Shown piece after piece: positions 26,032 to 34,790 of a stretch of DNA of 37,192 nt. Source of the DNA: Oligoflexales bacterium (GTDB taxonomy: Bacteria > Bdellovibrionota_B > Oligoflexia > Oligoflexales > Bog-1112); contig JBGCDR010000333.1 of the NCBI GenBank assembly GCA_045105515.1, positions 1 to 37,192 on the forward strand, in the 5' to 3' direction. Below the pieces are notes generated by a model. It was not told the DNA's origin. It worked only from the letters and a program-made list of their open reading frames with translations, and ran no database searches. Both the position numbers and the translations under genes were made by a program. Position 1 is the first letter of the stretch. The number at the start of each line of letters is the position of its first letter.

Positions 26032-27207
26032 TTAAGGTGGTGTCAGACAAAACTTCTTAACTGCCTCAGAAATATTACCTTGAGAAGGGCAATTTTGTTG
26101 ATTCCTATCCTTAAGAGGCAACCTTGCGATATTCGTATATAGAAGATCTAAGCCACTATCTTTATCAAGATTTTCTAGCAGACGCAGATAGTATACGCTG
26201 CTTATTGGATTATCTCTTAACGAAATCCTCTTCAGTTTTTTTAGTTGTTCAAGAGGGCCTAAGTTCGAAATAGTTGCACCATACAGTTCGAGAACTTCGA
26301 GATTCTTTAAGTTTTCCAGACCACCTATGCTAAGTATGCTACGATTATAACCAAGAAAAAGAAATTTAAGGCGTAAAAGTCCATTCAACGGTACAAGATT
26401 GCTGATTTCATTATTCTGTAAATCAAGATATTCAAGTTCGCTTAGGAAAGAAAGGGGTAGAAGATCAGCTATACCTTGATTGGTAAATTCTATTTGTTTA
26501 AGTTGACGAAATTCAACCAAGGGAAATAAATCGACAATACGTACAGAATTACCATTTTCTTTATCATGGATAAGACGCAGTTCCTTAACTTCTTTTAAGT
26601 AATCATATGCCTCAGAACACGTTGTAGTTCGTTGCAAATTTAAGCCGGATTGGGCAATTTTTTTTAGTTCGAGAACGGTGACAAATGCAGTGTCGCTTAC
26701 ACTTGGATCTTGGCAATAATTCAAAAAACCTCGCAATCCACACTCTTGGTTTTTAGAAGACCAAACATAGTGCTTCCCCTTAGTTTTGCAAAACTCTTCT
26801 GGATTTAAGCAAGTACCATTGATAAATTTTGATCCATCTGTTTTCTCCTCACAAATGACACTTGCACTCTTACAAACGCCTTCAATCCATTCAGAACCTT
26901 TTTCTAAGAGACACTGTTGCTCAGGACTCAAGCATAGCTCATTTTGATAAACATACCCTTTGCCTTCATTCAAGGAGCAGTATGTCTTCGCATCGACACA
27001 GGTACTTGTTTCCACGTCCCAAAGCTTATCATTTTGTCTGCAAATAGCAGCTTTTGTTGCCAATATGTCTGCTGGTTTTGTTTCTTTATTATTGGTATCT
27101 GCTGTATGATTTTGATTAAAGAAGCGATCTGCCTTACAAGCATAGCTGATAAAAACTAATAATATTAATTTTCCTACCAAACTGGTATAGGCGCAAAAAT
27201 TGCTCAT
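26032..27207 (-). CDS. Lipoprotein with Cys-rich repeats and internalin-type leucine-rich repeats
   Basis: Lipobox SYA-C. Five C-x-W/Y/F-x-C units. LRRs LEYLDLQNNEISNLVPL, LKFLFLGYN, LEVLELYG, LKRISLRDNPI. Cys-containing N- and C-caps. Confidence 0.88.
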   Translation of the reverse strand: MSNFCAYTSLVGKLILLVFISYACKADRFFNQNHTADTNNKETKPADILATKAAICRQNDKLWDVETSTCVDAKTYCSLNEGKGYVYQNELCLSPEQQCLLEKGSEWIEGVCKSASVICEEKTDGSKFINGTCLNPEEFCKTKGKHYVWSSKNQECGLRGFLNYCQDPSVSDTAFVTVLELKKIAQSGLNLQRTTTCSEAYDYLKEVKELRLIHDKENGNSVRIVDLFPLVEFRQLKQIEFTNQGIADLLPLSFLSELEYLDLQNNEISNLVPLNGLLRLKFLFLGYNRSILSIGGLENLKNLEVLELYGATISNLGPLEQLKKLKRISLRDNPISSVYYLRLLENLDKDSGLDLLYTNIARLPLKDRNQQNCPSQGNISEAVKKFCLTPP

Positions 27208-27244
27208 GGACTATTCCTAATCAAACTATGGCGATTCGGATAGT

Positions 27245-27272
27245 CCATCGGAAAGAATAATATTCAACTTTA
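27245..27272 (-). promoter_or_regulatory. Putative sigma28 (FliA)-type promoter
   Basis: Minus strand reads TAAAGTTG-N12-TCCGATGG, close to the enteric sigma28 consensus TAAAGTTT-N11-GCCGATAA. It lies 37 nt upstream of the LRR gene. Confidence 0.45.
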
Positions 27273-27293
27273 ACAAAGTTTCAGGGGAGTTTA

Positions 27294-27926
27294 TCAAAAA
27301 AATACTAAGATGCTGATATAGGGTTCGATAATCGACTCAGATCTGGAAATAAAAATGTCAGCCACTGGATCATTATCATCCTCAGTATTCTTATAGGACT
27401 TGTAATCAAACGACCTCCAAGTTAACTGAGGTCCAAGAAACCAAGAGCCCATATCTGCAAAATAAATCCCATCGATCATGGTACCGCTGCCATCCGCATA
27501 CTCTATGTCATTAGGTCCATCCTCTCTTTTTGGGGCTTGAACTGCCATAATGCTAACAAAGAAGCTGAGCTCATCGACCATAAAACCAACACTCCCCCCT
27601 ATCGCAGTGGTATGTATGATTGCAGGATCTGAAGGATTATTATTAAAAGAAGTATCGGTGCGACCTTCCAATTTATCACTGAAATACTTTAATCCAAGTA
27701 GAAGACCATTTCCTAGACCATATCCGAGGCCTATATTAAGCAGAGTATGGGTGCCATTGTAAGTGGTCTCTCCAAACTCTAATTTCGTAGTACTTTCCTC
27801 AGTTCGATAGCTGAATGCAGGATTAAGGTAGACACCTTCTAATGCCATAGCCTTTTGTTCCCAATTTGCAATCCCCCCCACTATTAAGAGCCCTAAGATT
27901 AATTTTCGCTTTAGAATGTTTGGCAT
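27294..27926 (-). CDS. Small outer-membrane beta-barrel protein
   Basis: AAGGA RBS supports ATG 27926 (MPNILKRK). Signal peptide ends in AMA. Amphipathic strands LNIGLGY, LLLGLKY, WFLGPQLTW and a C-terminal Phe. Confidence 0.8.
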   Translation of the reverse strand: MPNILKRKLILGLLIVGGIANWEQKAMALEGVYLNPAFSYRTEESTTKLEFGETTYNGTHTLLNIGLGYGLGNGLLLGLKYFSDKLEGRTDTSFNNNPSDPAIIHTTAIGGSVGFMVDELSFFVSIMAVQAPKREDGPNDIEYADGSGTMIDGIYFADMGSWFLGPQLTWRSFDYKSYKNTEDDNDPVADIFISRSESIIEPYISILVFF

Positions 27927-28057
27927 AACAACATTTTCCTTTAGTACCAATAAGAGTTCATAATTATTTGTATGCCTCATAAATTTCGGTGGAATATGCT
28001 AAAGGTTAACCCCTTCCTTGGAACATACTTAAATATCAAAACCTTATAAGCTTCTTG

Positions 28058-28087
28058 TTTACATATTGCCTTGTATTTTGCTACCAT
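28058..28087 (+). promoter_or_regulatory. Putative sigma70 promoter of queD
   Basis: TTTACA-N18-TACCAT with an extended -10 element (TGn). Confidence 0.35.
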
Positions 28088-28192
28088 TTGCGCTCTTTAA
28101 AAATCACCAAAGTGCCTTTTTAAAGAAATTGAGGCATGTAATTCAATCCTTTTGATAGCTATGTCAAATTAAAGAAAGCAGGTTGCTGAACT

Positions 28193-28633
28193 GTGCATAT
28201 GGATGTCACGAAAATTATAGAGTGGGATATGGGACACCGGGTCCCTAATCATAAGAATAAGTGCCGGCATCCTCATGGTCACCGCTATCGACTGGAAGTA
28301 TCCATGCGAGGAGCGATCAACCAGGAAAAAGGTAGTAGCAGTGAAGGAATGGTTCTCGATTTTGGTGATATTAAAGAACTCATGCGTATCCATATTCATG
28401 ACAGGCTGGATCATTGTTTTATGATTTACGCAGAGGACTCGCTTTTGGCACCTTTTGCAAAAGAACATGCTGATGATTTGATGTATGTTTTGGTACCTTT
28501 TATCCCAACGGTAGAAAATATTGCTATATGGTGCTACGAACAGCTTACTCCGCACGTGCCAAAAGGTCTAATCATCTCGCACATACGTCTCTATGAAACG
28601 CCAAATTCTTGGGCAGACTTTTCACCTATGTAA
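28193..28633 (+). CDS. queD: 6-carboxy-5,6,7,8-tetrahydropterin synthase (QueD/PTPS family)
   Basis: DMGHRV, CRHPHGHRY (CxxxHGH), GMVLDFGDIK, LDH, PTVENIA, LYETP. Confidence 0.92.
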   Translation: MHMDVTKIIEWDMGHRVPNHKNKCRHPHGHRYRLEVSMRGAINQEKGSSSEGMVLDFGDIKELMRIHIHDRLDHCFMIYAEDSLLAPFAKEHADDLMYVLVPFIPTVENIAIWCYEQLTPHVPKGLIISHIRLYETPNSWADFSPM

Positions 28634-28651
28634 AAATTTTAAATCGAAATT

Positions 28652-29212
28652 CTATTTCACAAAATCCGCACCGGAGTAGCGATTATCTACACTCACTGCA
28701 TCATCATCCGTTGATGAATACTGAAGCTTTGCCTCAGTACACACTTCATCGCAATAATTTACTTTAAGCAGCATCGCAGATCCTGTCTGTGCAAGCTCTG
28801 TGCGTGTTAAGGGCAGATAAATCAAGCATTCAACGCCGGCCCCAAAACTTCTCGATTCTGCGACACATGATTCTAGGTTCAGGTCAGAATAATCACATTG
28901 ATCCACTAAACAATAATTTGCCTGCAAGACATTTGTAATCGTCTCAGGAGATTGGGTAGAACCTTCTAACCAAACTCGCAATTCAGGGTTGGATTCTCCA
29001 TTTTCACTTGGAACATCCTGCTTTGTGAGCTTTAGATATAGACTCTGATAACTTGTAGACTGATTGTCCATCATATCAGATCCCCATCGAGCAATAGCGT
29101 CGCTTGAGTGGAAATCACTTTTATTAAGATTGCTTTCAGGTTTCTCTGTACTACAAGCAATAGACAGTACTAAAGTAAAAAAAAGACCAAGTACGTTGTT
29201 ATGTTTTTTCAT
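28652..29212 (-). CDS. Hypothetical lipoprotein
   Basis: GAGG RBS, MKK leader, lipobox SIA-C. Acidic mature part with six Cys. Confidence 0.8.
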   Translation of the reverse strand: MKKHNNVLGLFFTLVLSIACSTEKPESNLNKSDFHSSDAIARWGSDMMDNQSTSYQSLYLKLTKQDVPSENGESNPELRVWLEGSTQSPETITNVLQANYCLVDQCDYSDLNLESCVAESRSFGAGVECLIYLPLTRTELAQTGSAMLLKVNYCDEVCTEAKLQYSSTDDDAVSVDNRYSGADFVK

Positions 29213-29511
29213 AACGAATCCTCAAAATACCTTTTATCATAGATCGATTATCAATTCTTATCTACTCTCACTTTCTGACTATTCGTCGGCTTAGTCCAGA
29301 TACCTTAGCTGAAATCAGATGTTTTAAAAAAATGCATAATATTAGAGACTAAGACTAAAAATCTTTTCAATTTTTATTCATATTCGGGAATGGCTTCCAG
29401 AATTGATCTTTAATCGGCTAAAATGGCTACAGAGTTTCTATTACATTGTGAGCTTGTTGAGACTTTGGTAATCTGTGCCTAAATGTTGAACCACATTTAA
29501 GAATAATATCT

Positions 29512-30900
29512 ATGAGCTTATCTTTTTTCATTATAATTTATTTGTTAGTAACCGTTATTATAGGTGGTTTTTCTGGAAAGTTAGTCAAGACCTCAAATGA
29601 CTTTATGCTTGCTGGAAGAAAATTACCTCTCATCTTGTGTGCACCTACAATGTTTTCTACATGGTACGGCTCTGAAACCATCATTGGAGCCTCGGGCGAG
29701 TTTCTGGAAAAAGGCTTGCTCGGTGTTATGGAAGATCCCTTTGGAACAGCATTGTGCTTCATACTCATTGGCCTCTTTATAGCAAGACCTATTTATAAAA
29801 TGAATGTGGTGACAATTGTTGACTTCTACCGGATAAAATTTGGAAAAAAGTTTGAGTTTATATCAGCGATTTTGATGATCTTATCTTATATTGGCTGGAT
29901 TGCTGCACAGTTTCTTGCCATGGCAATCATAATGGAAGTTGTCCTAAATCTCCCTTTAAGCACAGGCTTATTTTTCAGCTCTGCAATTGTTTGCGTCTAT
30001 ACCATGTTTGGTGGGATGTGGTCCATCTCGTTAAATGATTTTTTGCAAACAAGCGTCATCATCATCGGCCTCGTGGTTCTTAGTTTCTACGTTTATTTTC
30101 AAGTAGATGACCTCTCTAGCTTAACAGCAAAAACCCCACCCAATTTTTTTACATTTTTCCCGGAAAATCGCTGGGATGACTGGTGCAATTATATAACAGC
30201 ATGGATGACCATCGGCCTTGGGTCTATTCCACAGCAGGATGTCTTTCAACGAATTGTATCCGCTAAATCAGAAAAAGTTTCAATTTGGTCTTCATACCTG
30301 GCTAGCATTATGTACTTGACTATTGGGATCCTCCCCCTCTTCCTTGCTCTAGCCTACAAACTTAGCACCCCAGCTCTAGCTGACATACCTAACTCTAAAC
30401 TTCTACTTGAAGCCATATTGTTGCAAGAGCACACGATCATCAAAGTTTTATTTATCGGTGCTCTCTTGTCAGCAATAATGAGTTCCGCTAGTGGTGCTTT
30501 GCTAGCACCAGCAACCATTTTAGAGGAAAACCTATTTAAACCAATTATCCCAAACATATCTGACAAAACCAGGCTCCTACTTCTTCGAAGTTCTGTACTA
30601 ATTACAGCAGTTTTTTCAGGTTTGTATGCGATGACCTCAAGCAATGTTTATTATCTAGTTGCTGAGTCCTCGATTATCAGTTTAGTATCCTTGTTTGTGC
30701 CACTTTTGGCAGGAATATACTGGAATAAGGCTTGTTCTACTGGAGCTATGTTATCAATCATTCTCGGGCCATTTACTTGGCTCCTTTGTAAACACCTTGG
30801 ATATGAGACTGAAAGTGCCTTGGTAGGATTTCTAGCGAGCGGTCTTGGTATGATTATTGGCTCTAGTTTTAAAAAAGATTTACAAGGTTCAAAGCAATGA
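29512..30900 (+). CDS. Sodium:solute symporter (SSS/SLC5 family)
   Basis: DFMLAGRKL, STWYGSET, YTMFGGMWS...DFLQ, GLGSIPQQDVFQR, SAIMSSAS. About 13 TM segments. Confidence 0.93.
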   Translation: MSLSFFIIIYLLVTVIIGGFSGKLVKTSNDFMLAGRKLPLILCAPTMFSTWYGSETIIGASGEFLEKGLLGVMEDPFGTALCFILIGLFIARPIYKMNVVTIVDFYRIKFGKKFEFISAILMILSYIGWIAAQFLAMAIIMEVVLNLPLSTGLFFSSAIVCVYTMFGGMWSISLNDFLQTSVIIIGLVVLSFYVYFQVDDLSSLTAKTPPNFFTFFPENRWDDWCNYITAWMTIGLGSIPQQDVFQRIVSAKSEKVSIWSSYLASIMYLTIGILPLFLALAYKLSTPALADIPNSKLLLEAILLQEHTIIKVLFIGALLSAIMSSASGALLAPATILEENLFKPIIPNISDKTRLLLLRSSVLITAVFSGLYAMTSSNVYYLVAESSIISLVSLFVPLLAGIYWNKACSTGAMLSIILGPFTWLLCKHLGYETESALVGFLASGLGMIIGSSFKKDLQGSKQ

Positions 30901-31448
30901 ATAAACAGTCACTTCTTTTTGGCATCCTCCCGCTTGCAGTGTTCGTAATCATAGATTTTGCCTTCGATGAAACTTCAGGGATCATTTCGGCAATGATCTT
31001 CGCGCTGTTAGAAGCCGCTTATTCACTATATAAATTTAAAAAGATTGATGGGATTACTGCGGGTTCTATTGCCTTCGTAGTTCTGTTCGGTTGGCTTTCT
31101 CTTGAGACCCAAGACCCCATCTTCTTCAAGTTTCAACCGGTTATTTTGGGTAGCTGCTTTACGGTAGAGCTATTGGTAACGCAAGCCATGAATAAGCCTC
31201 TTCTGGTAGTCATAGCTCAAAAATACAAAGACCTGTTTCCTAAAAACATTCAAGGAAACTTATCCCACCCTTTTGTCATTTCGAAGCTTTCTAAGCTATC
31301 ACTCTTCTTAGGCTTTGGAATACTAATTCACACCCTTGCTACAGCATATGCCGCAGTGTATATGTCTAATACCTGGTGGTTAGCAATCCGAGGCATTGGC
31401 CTTTATGTGGTAATGGGACTAAGTTTGATACTTGTACGTTTTACTTGA
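30897..31448 (+). CDS. Second, divergent YciB/IspZ-family membrane protein
   Basis: GILPLAVF and FGWLSLETQDPIFFKFQPVI (equivalent to the DxxFIKxKP motif). About 5-6 TM segments. ATGA-coupled to the symporter. Confidence 0.8.
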   Translation: MNKQSLLFGILPLAVFVIIDFAFDETSGIISAMIFALLEAAYSLYKFKKIDGITAGSIAFVVLFGWLSLETQDPIFFKFQPVILGSCFTVELLVTQAMNKPLLVVIAQKYKDLFPKNIQGNLSHPFVISKLSKLSLFLGFGILIHTLATAYAAVYMSNTWWLAIRGIGLYVVMGLSLILVRFT

Positions 31449-31538
31449 TTAGTTATTGCTAAAAGTTTATACTCCCGCCAGCAATTAAACAGTTATTAAT
31501 AAACTATCATATTAAATAAAATAAAGGCCTTACAAACC

Positions 31539-32984
31539 ATGCGCATGAACGTTATATTCCGAATTTTATCGGCTATTCCCTTGATATATTTACCTGAGTT
31601 AGCTAGTAGCCAGCAAATTCAGGTCAAGATAAAGACTGATTTCAATTCTTACCATAGCGAATTTAATGAGCTTTATGACAAAATTCAATCTCATTCAAAA
31701 GAAAAGCTTGAACAGTTTGAGAAACTATTTTCCGATATTTCATCAGAGCAGGAAGAATTAAACCTCTGGTGGGATGGAGCGAATGGATTTGTAAGCTTAA
31801 GTGACAAATCAAAGTTAGATCCTGTTGATGGAATAAACACTCATGATTATTTTCATGCTGTAAGAATCTTTGAAACTAAAGTTCAGGCCATCAAGCAAAA
31901 AATAAGTAATCTCAAAATTATTTTTACTGCTAATGATACTCTTGATTTTGACAACTCATTCACTTTGCAACTAGACAAGATCCTTGAGCCTATATATAGA
32001 GATATTAACAATAAGTTCCAAGAAGCAAGCCAATTCAATTTTGTAGTCCAAATGCCAAATCATGAGACCAGAAAAATCAAGGGGATTAACTTAGAAAAAT
32101 TGGGTGACATGGAAGTATCTGCTGAACAGGTGAAACAGCTGAAAAATAAGGAAAACAGACTTAGAGCAATCAAAGCTGGAGAAACCCAAGTTATTACCAA
32201 CTATAATCGCTATATCTATCGTCAAATGCATACTTACATCCACTCATTCGGTAAAAGCCAACGCTACCGATCCGAGAACACGGAAGTATTGCAACTAGCA
32301 AGAAAAAATCTAATTGAAGCTTTTTGGACTCGTTCTTTTCTGAGAAAATCTTTTGGTATGAAGATAGAAAGCTTTAAAATCGAATATCAAAAAACTTGGT
32401 TCCATTTAGACATAATACCTGCTTGGTTATTAGCGAAGCCTAAGATCGAAATTGATGGTTTGATAAACAAAGACCATGAACTTACTATATCTGAAGACAA
32501 AGGGTATTCAGCGCTATCTTCCTTATCTGGAACTAAAATGAAGGTACTAAGAGAAGAAATTCCAAAAAGAAATTCTTTAGCACAGATGAGGAGCTATTTT
32601 ACGGGAAAACTTCAGGAGCTAAATACCACTGCTCAAGTTGTGGCCCTAGTCCTTGCTGACATCCGTGAAGAGCAGCAACTAAGTCGTCAAGGCGGTCTAA
32701 AAGCGCTCGCCCAATCTTATGCTGAACGCTATTATAATGCCAATGAGGCATACTTCAGAAACCTTCAATCTGCCTATCTTAAAGATGAGTCTGTAGAGGA
32801 TGATATTTTCTCTGATGTTGATACCATCGAAGATAGCTTGAAAGGCCATTTTCAACTCGTACTCTCAGCTTTGGAAGCTAGAGAGCAAAGAGTTGAAGAA
32901 GCTAATCGTATTAAAGAGTACATTTCTAGCTTAACCAAAAATAGCAAAGCTAAAGCAAAAAGAGCAAAACGCCAAAGTTGGTAG
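31539..32984 (+). CDS. Hypothetical exported helical/coiled-coil protein
   Basis: 481-aa ORF with a signal-like N-terminus. Cys-free and helical/charged, with a basic C-terminal tail. No family recognised. Confidence 0.8.
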   Translation: MRMNVIFRILSAIPLIYLPELASSQQIQVKIKTDFNSYHSEFNELYDKIQSHSKEKLEQFEKLFSDISSEQEELNLWWDGANGFVSLSDKSKLDPVDGINTHDYFHAVRIFETKVQAIKQKISNLKIIFTANDTLDFDNSFTLQLDKILEPIYRDINNKFQEASQFNFVVQMPNHETRKIKGINLEKLGDMEVSAEQVKQLKNKENRLRAIKAGETQVITNYNRYIYRQMHTYIHSFGKSQRYRSENTEVLQLARKNLIEAFWTRSFLRKSFGMKIESFKIEYQKTWFHLDIIPAWLLAKPKIEIDGLINKDHELTISEDKGYSALSSLSGTKMKVLREEIPKRNSLAQMRSYFTGKLQELNTTAQVVALVLADIREEQQLSRQGGLKALAQSYAERYYNANEAYFRNLQSAYLKDESVEDDIFSDVDTIEDSLKGHFQLVLSALEAREQRVEEANRIKEYISSLTKNSKAKAKRAKRQSW

Positions 32985-33006
32985 TGAATAGCTAGGAGAT
33001 TAAAAC

Positions 33007-34762
33007 TTGAAAATCTTTGCTTCATTCAGCTTTTCTCTCTATTTTTATTGCTTTTTTTTATGCGTCAACACAGCGTTTAGCGCTTCTCATAAATTTAAGT
33101 ATGATGATAGTCTCAGTTCTCACCACATTGAGGTGATTTTAAACCTCAGTGACTGGATGCAACTTCGTAGGCAAAGAGATTCATATGAGCTAAGGCATGG
33201 TATTGCAAACTACTGTCAGACTCGGATAGTTGAACAGGCCTATTACCCTAGTATTTGCTCTCAGCTAGGAGATCTACCGAACTCTAAAACTCGAAATCTA
33301 AGTAATCAGAAGCTAAAGTGCGCTCAAGCCCAGCATTCTCATCAACGAGTGGGACAAAAATTTGACTTCGATCACTGGTCTTCCTTTCTTGGTTCGGGGG
33401 ATTTAGAGGGCAAACACAAAGCATATAACTACATGCGTAGCTTACCACCCATAAGATTTGAAGGAAGTGCAGCCTACCAAAGTTATGAGACCTGGACTTA
33501 TGAAACCTGTGACAAAGTACTCAACGGCGACGAATGTGGTCATAAATCATTTTGTATTAATAAACCAGTTCAGCAAGTAATCAACGGTAAAAACTAAGCT
33601 AAAGCAAACGATTGTGTGTCGCAACTTACCACTTCATTGTCATGTTGATAAACCACATCATGAATCAAGACCATGCAGTTTGGAAAAACTTAAATATGAT
33701 GTTGCTTACTCCCGGCCAAAAAAAGAAGACTGGAATCCCGAAACAAAAGCATACCTAGACCTTTTGGCAAATCCTTACCAGCTACTTCCAGGAGAGAAAG
33801 AAACCATCCAGGTTAATAACCAGCAAGGAGGTTTGCAAGAGAAATTAAGACCAAACTTAAGCATTCTTGACCCATACAATGCCTATGCTGTCGAAGTTGG
33901 GGGAAGTGCCCATGGCGCTAAATGTCAGGAAAATAGCAATTATGAGGCATTTTTTACAATAAAAACCACTGGCCGGATTACCAGCCAATCACCAAATGCT
34001 TTTAAAACTCCGGTGACTTGGGACAATCAAAGTATAGACCCAATTATTTGGCAAGCAAAAACCAATCATAAAGGTGAGTTGATTGAAGAAGCTGTACCCA
34101 ATAAGATTAGGCTTCAAGATACAGCTGCTGGTATCATAAGTTTTGTGTCTAAACTTTCTCATATTGGTGAGTCAGATAAAGCAGCTACCATTAATCAAGC
34201 TTTTAATAAAAACACCAAATTGCGTATTCGCCTAGTTAAAAAGCGTTGGTGGTGGTGGGATCAGGTGATAAATGAGAGAATCTTCTCGGAGCTAGAAGGT
34301 GCTCACTCTACTCTATACCCAATTGCAGAAAACCAAGATATTAAACTTTCTGATTATTGGGAAATAGATCTAAATCACCCCAATGATTCCTTAAATCTAT
34401 TTAAGAAAGAGCGACGTTTTCCTTTCAACATGCTTTTTGGATCTTCAACTTTTCGTAACCAATTAAAGCCAGGCCAACGCTATACAATTATGGTATCTAT
34501 GTACCAATCAGGAGTTCCTTTCTATAGACAAAGCTGCAAAGACAAGCCAAATGCTTGGTACTGCCAATGGTATTCTCGTTGGGTTTTTGGCCCTCGGACA
34601 AGCTGGTATTATTCTAAAGAATTAGAAATTCCTTTTAAGACAAAAGCAAATTATGATCCGAGGTCCTATTCTAGATATATGCTCGACTATTCAATCTATA
34701 GTCTAGAATCATTAATGGATTGGATTGGGGAGTCATATATTTTGGAGAAAGATGCAAACTGA
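33007..34762 (+). pseudogene. Exported Cys-rich hypothetical protein split by a +1 frameshift (ORFs 33007-33597 and 33614-34762, about 584 aa when joined)
   Basis: AGGAG RBS and a signal peptide are present only on the first ORF. The +1 frame is open from 33581 into the second ORF. An A5 run at 33589-33593 lies just before the TAA. It could be a sequencing error, a real pseudogene or recoding. Confidence 0.7.
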
Positions 34763-34790
34763 ACTAGTAACTTTTTTGGTTTTATGAAGC

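Noticed and set aside
27990..28192. Possible preQ1 riboswitch upstream of queD
   Set aside because: I could not find the short stem-loop plus A-rich tail of preQ1-I or the features of other classes.
28193..28633. queD as part of a 7-deazaguanine DNA-modification (dpd) island
   Set aside because: No queC, queE, folE, tgt/dpdA or other dpd genes lie in the window. A dispersed housekeeping queD is the simpler explanation.
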